Source of the DNA: Adineta vaga
Taxonomy: Eukaryota > Animalia > Rotifera
Assembly (NCBI GenBank): GCA_021613535.1
Contig: CP075494.1
Coordinates: 1,798,001-1,862,000, forward strand
DNA: 64,000 nt
Direction of reading: 5' to 3'
This document shows, one piece after another, positions 26,122-37,995 of the stretch. The position numbers and the translations under genes were made by a program. A model generated the notes under the pieces. It made no database searches and was not told the DNA's origin. It saw only the letters and a program-made list of their open reading frames with translations. Each line of letters opens with the position of its first letter. Within the stretch, counting starts at the first letter, position 1.

Positions 26122-26860
26122 ATCTAGAGGGTGATGGGTGAGACTAGCTGCCATTATCTAGATTTTACTTCTGCTAAGAAGATCATCAGATCTCTTATTA
26201 AGTTTTAATGATGAATGAAGAATATTATTATATGCAACTAAAAACAAATCAAGATTATTTTGAAGATTTCGAAAAGATTACCTGTATTAGCAAATAAGGG
26301 TGTTGGAATTGCTTTCGATCGTTGAAGTGGAAATGGATTATAGAATATATAATCTGTTTTGTGAGTTTGAAGATGGAGTAAGTTGAAGATCTTATTCTGT
26401 TGCAGTTTGTCGGTTGTCACATATTGGTTTGAAATAAGAAATTATTTGTTGATAAGTTGATGGTAAACTAAAAATACAGGTCTTATAGTTAAATAATTGT
26501 GTTCTGTATAATGTTGAGTTTTTGGTTAAATTTTTTGAAAGAAATATTATTTAAAGTAGGATAGAATGTTTGTCTAGATTTTTACAAGCAGTTGGTATAG
26601 TTGAAATAAATTTAATTAATAGAAGGATTTTATGGCATTTTGAATAATTGTATAGTTTGCTAAATACAAAGTTCAACTTGATTTTGTTTGATATTTGGTA
26701 AGAAATAATTATAGAGGTTTATTATCATATAATTTAATATTGATAAAATAATAATTGTTGTTGAAATTGTGTGTTGTAATTATGATGTAAGTGTACAATT
26801 TGGAAATAAGTCTAGTTTAATATGAAGATTAAGAATACATATGACTTCAAGCTAAAAAGA
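26122..26860 (-). mobile_element. Degenerate 3' end of an Athena/Terminon-like Penelope-like element with decayed hammerhead and telomeric junction
   Basis: Minus strand reads CTGATGA-TCTTCTtagcAGAAGT-AAAA-TCTAGA-TA-ATGGCAGCTAGTCTCACCCATCACCCTCTAGAT. It shares the ATGGCAGC..CTCAC tail with the copies at 46307 and 49980. The body is A/C-rich on the minus strand. Confidence 0.6.
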
Positions 26861-27550
26861 AATATTCTTTTTTGGTAGCAAAGCTTTATTGTATTAAACA
26901 ACACTATAGCATAGATAGAAATCAACGGATAGTGTTGTAATCATACATAAGCTGGAAGAGAGAAAAGAAAGGACACGTGAAGTATGTCTTTTGTCCGTAG
27001 AGAGAAGAAAAATAAGAATGATAAAAGTCATATGTAATAATAGTGAATGTACATGAAGCGACGCATGTAAAGTCTTAGTTGTGTGGTGAGAAGAAGAGAA
27101 AGAAAAAGAAAAAGAAAAGAAAGTGGTCCTATATGGATAGAATGGAGAGGAAAAGAAAAAGAAGCTGGATTATATGTGACATGTTTAAATCAGCAAATAA
27201 ACTGACTCGATATCATATTACATAAGAACGAGCAAAAGATTTGGCTGGATGACTTGAATCATTAAATACGTTCACTCGATATCATATTATATATAAGAAC
27301 GAGCAAAGACGTTGACTCGATATCGTATTGTATACAAGAATGCGATCAATATATAACTGGATAGAACGAAAGAACGATACAGCAGATAAATTGAATCGAT
27401 TTCTTATTTTGTATAAGAACGGGTTAAACGAAGTAACTGAATAGCTTATATGTGCTTCGATATATCGATTTTTGTACAGATTCGACTGACACAAGAATAG
27501 TCTATTCTCTCGATGTTACTATTATATGTAATGGTTGGTGATTTCTTTTT

Positions 27551-30229
27551 TTAAATTTTGTCTAAGATGCATTGTAGATGATTCTTCAGTGTAATGTCGT
27601 TGTTTGTTGTTGCCTTTTGAAGTGTATGTTTAAGTAGTCCTATTGCATAATCTTTGATTTTTGGAATGTTGCTGATCTTGTGGATATATTTGACAGATGT
27701 ATATATGGGTAGTCCGAGTGCAGCTCTAATTGCTTTATTCTGCATGATTTGTAAACGGTCCCATACTTTTTGATCAGCAGTAAGGAGAATAGGATGTCCA
27801 TAGATGATAACTGTGCGTACAATTGATTTGAAAATATTTATCATCGTCTTGTTGTTGGGTTCATATGCTGTTCTCGAAATATATCGAAGTAGAACGATCC
27901 GAGGAGCAATCTTGCTTTCAATATGTTCGAGATGTGCTCGCCATTTTAATCTTTTGTCTATAATTACACCCAAGTAACGTGTGGAATCCAGTGGTTTGAT
28001 GATGGTGTCTTCAACTTTAACTTTCACTGAATTCTTGTAGTGTTTTCTTGGATGTATGCTGAAGTGTATCAGCTCTGTCTTAGTTGGTTGAAGTTTTAAT
28101 TTCCATGACTTGCACCAACTTTCGAATGCATCTATGGATTGTTGTAATCTGGTGTTAAGATTTGTTAAGGTGTTGCCAGATGTCCATAATGCAGTGTCGT
28201 CGGCGAACAACCCATGTTCTGTATGAGTTGGTATTCCATTCATCGAATCTGCCGTATACATAATATAAAGTAATGGTGATAACGGAGATCCTTGTGGTGT
28301 ACCGCTCTTCAGATTAAACGGACGTGATAATATATTTTCGATTTCAATTGCAGCCGTTCTATTGCTTAAGAATGAGATCAGATAGTTGATGATGAAACAG
28401 GGAAGACGTAGATCATTAAGCTTGTATATCAAACCATCGTGCCATACCGAATCAAATGCTGCTTTGATGTCGAAAAGAATGACAGCTGAGTGACGTCGTC
28501 TAAGTTGTCCTGCAGCGTATCTTTCTAATCGCACGATGTTGTATATAGTGCTTTTACCTGGTCTAAATCCGGCTTGATGTTGTGGTAAGATGTTACGTCG
28601 TTCAAGTTCGAGCATTAAACGTTGTTTGATTATTTTCTCCAATAGTTTGCCTAAGCAACTAAGGAGACTAATCGGTCGATAACTAGACGGTTGTTGTTTG
28701 TCCTTCTTTGTCTTCAATAGAAGAATAATATTAGCCTTTTTCCACATTGCTGGAATATAACCTTGTTTCAAAATTGCATTGAACAGATTTGTTAGATGCT
28801 GTACAAGTAACTTTGAATTATTTTTTAAACACCTGTTATGGATGTTTTCCGGACCTGTGGAGCTATTTCGAAGTTGTCTTATATGATAGTTGACTTCTTC
28901 TACTTTAGTTAACTTCCACCTAGATGTGTTTGTTGAGGTTATATTACCATTCTTGACTTTGTTTGCTTGACTTGTTACTTGATCATGAAATGGCAATGTA
29001 TCAGCAGTAACAGAGTAGACTTCATTTTCGAAGTAATCTGCAAATAAGTCTGCTTTCTCCTTTTCTTACGTTGCTGTCGTGTAATTGTATTTCATGATGC
29101 TAGTAAAGGTTTGCTTGATCTGTTTGTTGTGGAACTTGCGAACCGTTAACCAAACTTTTCCAGAATACATGTTCTTATGACATAGAGAAGACATTAACTT
29201 GTTGAAGTTGTTTCTCCTGTCGTTACGTAGTGAATTTGTAAGTAAGACTTTGGAGTTGTAGTATAGATGTTTATCTATGTTGTTTCCAGTCTTCTTCCAT
29301 TTTCGATATGCTTGATGTTTTTGTTTTATCAGGCTTATCGATACTTCACTTGGTGTATACGTTCGGATCATCTACTTTGTTTGTGGAACGGCTTCTTTTG
29401 TTGCTTTTAGTATACTAGTGGTAATGAATGTAGTATATTCTTCTATGTCTGCTGCTGAATCTTAATGATGATCATTTTTCCACAGCATCAGTTGTTGATC
29501 TAACTTGCATCTAAATTTTGACCATTTTGCTGCTTTGAAATTAAATGAAATTCTTGACGAAACCGGTTTGGGTTCAGCTCCGCAAGGAATATCAAATGTT
29601 AATGGTTTATGGCCATTTAATGCACCGATTGTTGGATGAGTCTCAACGTTTGATATGAATGAAAGAAGTGGTTGACTTGTTAAAACCCAATCTAGTTTAA
29701 CTTCATAATCATTCTTTTCGAAAGTTGGACTATCATCGTCGACACAATCAATAAGACCATCTTTAAATAATTCTTGCAGCTGTCTTCCTCTAGCATTAGC
29801 TTGTTGTGATCCCATATTATATAATGTTGCATTAAGATCACCCATGATAATGCAGTTGTTGTTGACGTTATAAAGTTCGTGGAATAAGTTGATATCGATC
29901 TTTGCTTTTGGTGGTACGTAAATGGAGGATATTAGTATTGATTTGAATGATTTAGTTCGAATCTCTACTGCTATCGCTTCATTCTTGCAGGTTGTTTTGT
30001 TTAGTACTTCTTGACACTTGATATGTTGTTTCACTGCTATTAATACTCCGCCCCCAGCTTGTCCTATTCGATCATTTCTGAAGATGTTATAACCAAAAAG
30101 AGTGAATGGTCTTTCGCTCTTTAGATTAGTTTCATTAACAGAGATAATATCGTATTTGGAGAATCTGGCTAGGAGTTCATCTTTGTGTTTCGTAATTGAG
30201 TTAATGTTGATATGGCATAAACTAAGCAT
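27551..30229 (-). pseudogene. LINE ORF2: AP endonuclease plus reverse transcriptase with three in-frame stops
   Basis: APE motifs HININS, NET, GDLNA, LDW; RT motifs YRPISLLS, QAGFRPG, DIKAAFDSVWH, GTPQGSPLSP, FADD, YLG. The ORF pieces are all in one frame, with stops at 29462-64, 29372-74 and 29066-68. Confidence 0.92.
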
Positions 30230-31634
30230 CGTTGTTGCTTGTTTTAAGTGTTTTGCTGTTGTTTATGGATGCATCAGGAGAGTTGTTGGAAGAAAGGACT
30301 CTCCTGTTTGTAGTGGATCCTTCTTTTTTATTTTGTGCGTCTTTTGATGTAGTAGAAGTTGATGGCATAGTAGGTTTATTTGAAGTGACATTCGCTGTTG
30401 TAGACGATTTGTCAGCTTCACTCTGTTGTTTTTTTGGTTTTGGTTTGATGATCTTAACTGCTTGACTTTGTTCGTTGGAATCAGAGTCTGAATCAGTTAA
30501 TATATATTTTTCTTCATTATTACGATCGATGAGTCCGAATGATTTTTCGATCTTCTTGATCTTCTGATGTAGTGCTTTGAATAGTCGATTGGTAGTTTTT
30601 TCGATGATGGTTTCCATTTTGCTGGTAAGAGCATTAATGATATGGTCGAATAAATTGTCCCTTAATAGTTGTTTTTGTGTTTGGTTGAATTGTGATAGAG
30701 GTGGGAAGTCCTGTGTGTTGTAGATTGATGGTGCTTGTGTTACTTGTTTGCTTGTTGTTGCATATTGGTTAACCATGTTTTGTATCTTCTTTTCTTGTTC
30801 TCTATAATGTGAACATTCTTTGGAAGTAGCAATATGATTACCTTTACAGTTGTAGCACTTGACTGCATCATCTGTAACATTACATTTGTCGTTGCTATGA
30901 TTTTCACCACATCGACTACATACTTGTTGTTTGGTTTTGCAGTACTTAGCTACATGGTTGTATTTTAAGCAAATGTAACATTGCACCGGTTTGGACTTTT
31001 GTGTTGCTGTTTCAGCTGTGAAGTGCATGCAATCCACTTGTAAACCAGTTTGCACAAAGATATTTCGATTTGTTGCATCGCTAAATGATATCTTGACTGT
31101 TCGTGCTGGAGTCTTACCATCTTTGCTTGTTAATCGAATAACTTCTGTTACTTCAAGACCAACGTTCTTTAGTGCTTCAGTTATTCGATCGTTTGGTAAT
31201 TCTAGATCGACTCTTTTTACGAAGGCGATCTTTTCTGTGTCCTTGATTCTTTGTATAGATCTTGGAACGTATACCGTGGCTGATGGTTGACCGTTTGACG
31301 ATAATATTGATGAAAAGTCGTTTAATATATTGTTGAACGATTTAACATCACTTGCATATAATGTGAATAATCCATTTCGTCCAAGTTGGATGTCATGGAT
31401 ATTGACTTCAACAAGATGTTGCTTCAGTATATCATTTAGCTGCAACTTGTTTAAGTTAACACCCTCTAGAATAAGAGGGGCGATACTAAATGTTGGTTGG
31501 CTTGATTTTAAAGCATATGGTCCTGCTTTGCCGTCTTGTGTTGTTCGTTGTGTGGTGATAGTTCTTTGTTGGTTGTCGACGCTATGATAGGGTCTATTCT
31601 GGCCAGCGCCACCCCTTCCTCCTCTAGGAGGCAT
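30222..31634 (-). CDS. LINE ORF1 gag-like nucleic-acid-binding protein
   Basis: Three CCHC knuckles (CYICLKYNHVAKYC, CSRCGENHSNDKC, CYNCKGNHIATSKEC); the stop overlaps the ORF2 start. Confidence 0.9.
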   Translation of the reverse strand: MPPRGGRGGAGQNRPYHSVDNQQRTITTQRTTQDGKAGPYALKSSQPTFSIAPLILEGVNLNKLQLNDILKQHLVEVNIHDIQLGRNGLFTLYASDVKSFNNILNDFSSILSSNGQPSATVYVPRSIQRIKDTEKIAFVKRVDLELPNDRITEALKNVGLEVTEVIRLTSKDGKTPARTVKISFSDATNRNIFVQTGLQVDCMHFTAETATQKSKPVQCYICLKYNHVAKYCKTKQQVCSRCGENHSNDKCNVTDDAVKCYNCKGNHIATSKECSHYREQEKKIQNMVNQYATTSKQVTQAPSIYNTQDFPPLSQFNQTQKQLLRDNLFDHIINALTSKMETIIEKTTNRLFKALHQKIKKIEKSFGLIDRNNEEKYILTDSDSDSNEQSQAVKIIKPKPKKQQSEADKSSTTANVTSNKPTMPSTSTTSKDAQNKKEGSTTNRRVLSSNNSPDASINNSKTLKTSNNDA

Positions 31635-31854
31635 TTAAATCATTACCAGTTTTTGATACCTTTATGTAAATTGTTTTTGCTTTCTTGTTTTGGTTGGTGA
31701 TGTACAGAGGATCAAGATGAAATACCAGTTTTTCAAGTCCTAGGACTTTTTAGCTGGTCGAAAGAAAAAAGTAGAAAGACGAGAGATACGATATATATGT
31801 TTATTTCACTTGGACGAATGCGACTGATCGCGATCAAGTCAACTAGACGAATGT

Positions 31855-33223
31855 ATAAATCATCTTGATCTATCATTTATGTATACACAATTAATGAAAG
31901 AAATTTGATTTGATTTTTCATATGATAGAACTACAAAATATTCAAGTATTCAAACATGGCGTCAAATATGTCATGGTGATAAAATTCAATTAAAGAAAAT
32001 TGATGAATTTCAAGAAACTTATACACAAAACTTAGCTATTTGGTGGTATTCAAAAGATAGTTGTATTTATCGAACATTGAATCGTTCACTACGCACAGGA
32101 AATACTGAACTCATTATTCAAATGGGTTTTCTTATCAATGATATTCATCGACAACTTGAACAAGAATATATTTTACAATCATCAAATATTGTTTATCGTG
32201 GTCAAAATATGACGAAAATTGATTTTGATAAAGTATGTCAAAGTGAAGGTGATCTTTTCTCATTTAACAATTTTCTATCGACTTCTACCGATAAACAAAT
32301 AGCAATATGTTTTTCTTCATCTGAATCAACCGATCCTAATTTTGAAGCAATTGTATACGAAATCACAATTAATTCAATGCATACAACAATTCAATTTGCA
32401 GACGAAAATGAAATTCTATTTTCTATGCATAGTGTATTTCGAATTGGTAAAATTAACAGAATAGATAATAAATATTGGCAAGTACAATTAACATTAACTT
32501 CAGATAATGATGAACAACTTACTATACTTAGTAAAAGTATACAAAATAAAATTTCAGGACAAACTGGATTCTATAGACTCGGTAATTCAGTGTTTGAAAT
32601 GGGAAAATATGATAAAGCTGAAGAAGAATATCAATTCATTTTGAAATCGTGTTCTATTGAAGATCATTATCAAATCAGTAAGTTATATCTTTCTTTAGCT
32701 TTAATTGCAAATGAAAAAGAAAATTTCAAGAAAGCATTGTCTTTCTATGAAAAATGTCTGCTTGCAATTTAAGAAACAAGCATTAGATATTCGGACAAAT
32801 CATCTTCTTTTGAAGATCCTGTTGAAGCTACAATATTCAATGAACTGGGAGCGATTTATTCAGATAAAGGAGATTATCATAATGCTATCGAAACATTTCA
32901 AAAGGCATTGAATATTAGAGAAAAATGTCTTCCATCAAATCATCCAGATTTGGCTACAAGTTATCGTAATTTTGGTTGGATACATGAAAAAATGGGAGAA
33001 TATTCGAAAGCAGTGTCAAACTTTTTTAAAGCATTGCATATCGAATATAAATCTCTTTTACCTGATCATCCTCATTTAGGTGTTATTAATGGAAATATTG
33101 CAAAATTAAACAATAATATGGGTAATTATTCACTTGCACTTTTCTATTGTGCAAAAGCACTTGAAATCCTCAAAAAGTCTGTTTCATCCGATCATTCATA
33201 TATAAGTGTAACTTACAGATATA
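31855..33223 (+). pseudogene. ART-TPR pseudogene (R-S-E type ADP-ribosyltransferase plus TPRs)
   Basis: LDLSFMYTQLMKEI; AIWWYSKDS; VYRGQ; FLSTS; DENEILF; then TPRs (HPDLATSY). In-frame stops at 31906 and 32770. The 5' end is lost at the LINE and the 3' end is cut by a TIR element. Confidence 0.88.
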
Positions 33224-33225
33224 CA

Positions 33226-34666
33226 CTGGGATCGGATTCGACCTATATTTCCTATAAATCCTATGTTTTTGAAAAATCCTATAATTTGTCCTATCTAGCG
33301 CTTATTTTACCTATTTTTCCTATATTACGTCAAGAAAGGAACGTAAAAGTGTAAAAACCAATCAGTTTTGTTATATTTGGCCCTTACCCATTAAAGAGTT
33401 CATATACAGGGCTATATAGAAGTCGTGTACCAAAGAGAAGCTTTGATATCTGTATGAAGAATGATTTAATTGTGTTGTTATTTCCACCGGTGATAGAGGA
33501 TCGCAAAGATAGAAAATATTGCATTGTCTTGAGGGGTATACAGAATCTTACAAAAATTAACCCTTTGCAGACGGAATTCCTACATATAGCATCGGGAGTA
33601 TTTCTCAAAATTTGATGATTATATATATACTTCAAATCAATTAAAAGTGCGAAGAAATACCGTGTCGACTGACTTTCTGTGTTAGTAAAATTCCTCATCA
33701 GATTTAAAAAGTACATGAACCTCTTTATATGAGAAGCGTTCCAAATTTTTACTGAAGGTCTCGAATATATCCTATGATTTTTTTCAAAACTTTATTTACG
33801 AATGTTTTCAGAACTATTGGGAAGATTTTTCGAGTGATTATCAAAGAAGTTTTCAGATCTAAGTGTGTTCAACAAAGAACGTAGTACTCTTTTCTACCTT
33901 AAAAGTATCTTATTTTTCAAATTTCACTTTAAAAAAACTAATAACAGCTTCCAACAAAAAACTCGCATTTTTAAAGTGAGTGGTCTTCGCATACGGTTGG
34001 CAACTTGAAATTTCAAAAGGAACTTTCTAAGATAGGAACTTATAATACGGAGGAGGAAGTTAACGAAGCGCTTGATCTTTTCAAAGAAATCGTTTTCGAA
34101 GAGTTAATTGTTTGCTTAGTTGTCTTTTTGCTTTTGTTCATAGTTTACTGATTAACTCAGGCATGAAGTCCAAATGAGAATGATTCTTTTCAACAAAACT
34201 TGACTGAACGGTGATGGGAGTGAAGGAACGCAAAGCCTAAATTAATCTGTAAAAATTATGTAAAGTAATGTCTTACTCATATTTTACAAACGGTTTCTAT
34301 GAAAAAGAATTAAGCAAGTCCTGATGCAATTGCTACCTGTATTTTACTCAAAGGAAACGTTAGTCAATCAGAGATAGCGTTTTAGAGTACATATTAGAAC
34401 TAATTGAACTCATTCATTAAAACGAAATCAATCTATCATTCTTGTAAAAGGAAGTTAGGTATGTTTGATGACGTCCAGCTACTTAGATTCATTCTATTCG
34501 TAAAAATTCTCGTCCACTAATGTCATAATTATTAAACTTTCAAGTAGAATCAATCTATTTAATAAATCCTATATTATTCTTATTTTCTATAAAAAATCCT
34601 ATGTTTTAGAAGAATTGAATCCTGTTTGAATTCCTATGTTTTTAAAAAATCGTAATCCGATGCCAG
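33226..34666. mobile_element. Non-autonomous TIR element truncating the ART-TPR gene
   Basis: 13-bp TIRs CTGGGATCGGATT / AATCCGATGCCAG (1 mismatch); clustered TCCTAT subterminal repeats at both ends. Confidence 0.65.
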
Positions 34667-35261
34667 AACTTTCACTTTGAAATGGTTGTCGTATCGTTAG
34701 CAAATACTAAAAAAATTGCATTCTAAAATAAATATAGATATATGCTCAAATATTTGAAAGCTTTCAGCAGAGTTATATACTTTTCAGATATCCACATTAG
34801 TCTTTCTACTAGAACACACCTGCATATAGCTATCAGAAATCTTTATATTACTTAAAGAGAGTTCTAATTCTTCGATACAGAATTGTTGTAACATCAATAT
34901 ACATTTTAACAAGAATTGATTTGAATGATATTCAATCTCATTTCTTATGGTGAAATCGATATTAGATGTTTTTACGTCAGCATAAAAATGAATGCTTATC
35001 TTTAGATAGATCATCGTATAAATAATGAATCAATGATTATTTATACAGGAATGAAATTTAGTAAAAATCTTTGTTCTATTAGTGTAACAGACTATTTTTT
35101 TCAATCAAAACTTCTAAATTTACTGATCAAATAAATGTTTTAAGACAAGAGTTAATTCATTTATAATATTAGGGATTTAAGAGAGAAAGATTTTGGATAA
35201 CTCCAGTATAGTTTTGGAGTGTCACTATCCACATTAATGCACGTGTCAAAAAACACAGGAA

Positions 35262-35481
35262 TGGGTGTGGGTGTGGGTGAGGGTGTGGGTGGGGTGGGTG
35301 TGGTGTGGGTGTAGATGAGAGTATATAATACACCCACACCCACACCCACACCCACCCACACCCACACCCACACCCACCCCCACCCACACCCACACCCACA
35401 CCCACACCCACCCACACCCACCCACACCCACACCCACCCACACCCACCCACACCCACCCACACCCACCCTCACCCACACCC
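35262..35481. repeat. Head-to-head interstitial telomeric tract (TGTGGG)n-spacer-(CCCACA)n, largest in the window
   Basis: About 50 bp G-rich, a 17-bp unique spacer, then about 150 bp of CCCACA/CCCA/CCCTCA. These match the reported bdelloid telomere units TGTGGG and TGAGGG. Confidence 0.9.
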
Positions 35482-36657
35482 GCGATAAACAGATGTAGGA
35501 TATCTTGGACACTGATTTGTCTATTTACTTTCCAATATCATTCCAAGACCTGTTTCAGATAGAACTCAACGAGCTCTGTCTATTCAAATCATTCAAAATC
35601 ATATGTTTTCTAGTACGGATTCGCAATAACAGCTATTTTTAGAAAACTAACGTTGATTGTAGATCAAGCTCGATTATTTTTATCGACTCCACGTCATATT
35701 CATCAATTTTGAGCTATACGGGTATTATCGAGCAAAAATACAAATTATTAATATATCTAACATATACACCTGGAAATCAAAAGCTGCCGTCAGTATTTTG
35801 AACTTTTTGTCATCATAAAAAGATCTCTTTATAAAACCAATACCATATTCTGAAAGCTCGAAAAGTTCTTCATCACCTTATATCTATATTTATTTTATTT
35901 GGTGTTTACATATTACATATGTACTTTTTCACTTCAAAATGTCGGTAGGTTAAAAGAAAACTATTTCGATGAAAATCCCGCTTTTTTAAGTGTTTCTTCG
36001 GAACTCCGACACTAGATTTTATATATAGAAAAAATATCAGAAATACCTTAGAATATCTTCAAAAATATAAAACAGGTCTAGAAAAATGTTTCATGACAGG
36101 CAGTCATTCTATTCCGCAACGTTGAACATTTGGGAACTGGTTCCGCTCACAGAATCAATTTCATAAATTCCGAAGTTGACTCTCTTCACAAACATAAGAA
36201 ATGCTGGAATTCTGTAACGCAATTCCTATTGATTCCATTTTGAGAATTCGATCGTGTGCAAGGCCAGGCAATATGTGAGGATGAAAGGAGTGAGTTTGAT
36301 ATCATTATAGAATGTCAGAATTCAGTTGTAGAATATATGACATCGTGGTCAGAGAAGGCGCCAAAGTCGAACCAATTGATTTCGGGGTAAAACTGATTCT
36401 GCAAAGTGGAATATTAGGGAATATGATATATTCGCTTTTTTCATCAAAAGTGGGTGGATCTTCACGGATTTACTCTGTGTTATTTCATTATATTTTTTTT
36501 GTATTGATAAAAGACACATATGTTTTAGTATGGAACCGTGACTGTCTGTCTAGAATAGAAATTATAAGTTACAGCTAAGGATATTGGATGATTTGGTCGA
36601 AGACTAAGCGAGTTTATAGTGACGAGTGTTATTTATTGATATTTATCAGAAAGATAA

Positions 36658-37779
36658 TCAATTAATAATAACAAGAAATAAAATCGAACATATTTTACAA
36701 ATCATAAGTGTTTTCAGAGTATTGGTTTTTGAAGATGGAGAAGACAATAAATGATCTACTTTTGTAGATAATGCTTCTGTTGTAACAATTGTAAAAGATG
36801 TCGAAGTATCATTAAACGTCGCCATTATCATTTCGGTAGACAGTGAATAATATGATAATGTAGATTGAATAGTCGAAGACTTGTTTTTGAATCCTAAAGC
36901 CTTGCGTAAAGGTGATAAATCGTAATAGTCTTCAACAATCTTTTGTACTTCTTTAAGACGTCCAATTCCATTACAATCATTATAGTGACATTCGAAAATA
37001 AATTCCTGTTCTTCATGATTAACGTCTGTATTAATATACGTAATTATATGTAATAATGGAAATTTTGTCTCTGTTACTTTGCAACTGTGTTTATATGTCT
37101 TTTCCTTTCTGGAACGAGTACCCACACATGTCTTACTTGGACATCGTTGTGAAATATTATACTCATTAACACACATGTCTATCAAAATAAACAAATGATA
37201 ATAATATCTATTAACATCGTCAACTATAAAAATTCATATCTAAGGTTCATCGAATGAATTTTTCTCATTATTCCAATACTTGAAATAAACTCTCATTCAA
37301 AAAGACTTACTTTGATTGGTTTTAGGACCATCAAGTAATTTCTCAACTTTCTGCTGTAATTCTAAGTATTTTGCTTTGTAGAACCATTCGATATGTTCGA
37401 GAACAAATTGTTTTTCGCAACCATCATAATTTGAACATGCATATTCTAAATAATGTTTCAATTCAAAACTAATTTGATTCTGTAGTGTTAACATTGTATC
37501 AAGTTGAACCACTTTATCAGCTAATGGTATTCCTTGAATAACTTCACCGAATTCGATGTCCAATGTTCCTGCATACAAATGATAGCTAAAATCAAGACTA
37601 ACACGACATAAGTTGTCATTTGTAATCGGGCTAAGAGTGAAACTGTCAAGGTCCGATTGAAGCTTATCATGATCAAATTCGTCTATTGAAAAATCTTGAA
37701 AAATTTCGTTTTTAATACATCGAAGACCAGTTGTAGAGTGTAGCATGAGAAATAGCATTGATATCCATCTTTGCATCAT
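36658..37779 (-). CDS. Secreted or GPI-anchored Cys-rich protein with two Ly6-like modules (2 exons)
   Basis: Signal peptide then LRCI; CRV; ACSNYDGCEK; donor GTAAGT at 37310; second exon with C..C..C..FECHYNDCNG, S/T stalk and hydrophobic C-terminus. The acceptor position is ambiguous (37223 or about 37178). Confidence 0.65.
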
Positions 37780-37995
37780 ATTTGAAAAATAATAATGAAG
37801 TCAAAATTAATTTCATAGATGGAAATGATTGATTGATCAATATTGTATGTAGATTATGAATAGATAGGAAAAATCATATTTGTCAATAAAAAAATCTGTT
37901 CATATATTGTATAATAATAATCAAGAGAATTTTAAAATAAAAATCTCATAATGAACGAGTTGACTGTTGAGTAGGAATATTTAAATATTACCAAT

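Larger units (their letters stand above)
26868..31853 (-). mobile_element. Full-length non-LTR retrotransposon, Jockey/I group (Hebe-like)
   Basis: 5' CATTCG start near 31853; gag ORF1; APE-RT ORF2; about 680-bp 3' UTR; AATAAA (26885-26890) and a short poly(A) (26868-26873). No clear TSD. Confidence 0.92.

Noticed and set aside
27205-27480. Repeat-spacer-like pattern resembling CRISPR
   Set aside because: Degenerate, irregular repeats inside a LINE 3' UTR in a eukaryote; no cas genes.
35161-35512. Three overlapping GCG/WVWV-rich ORFs
   Set aside because: Translations of the telomeric tract; not proteins.
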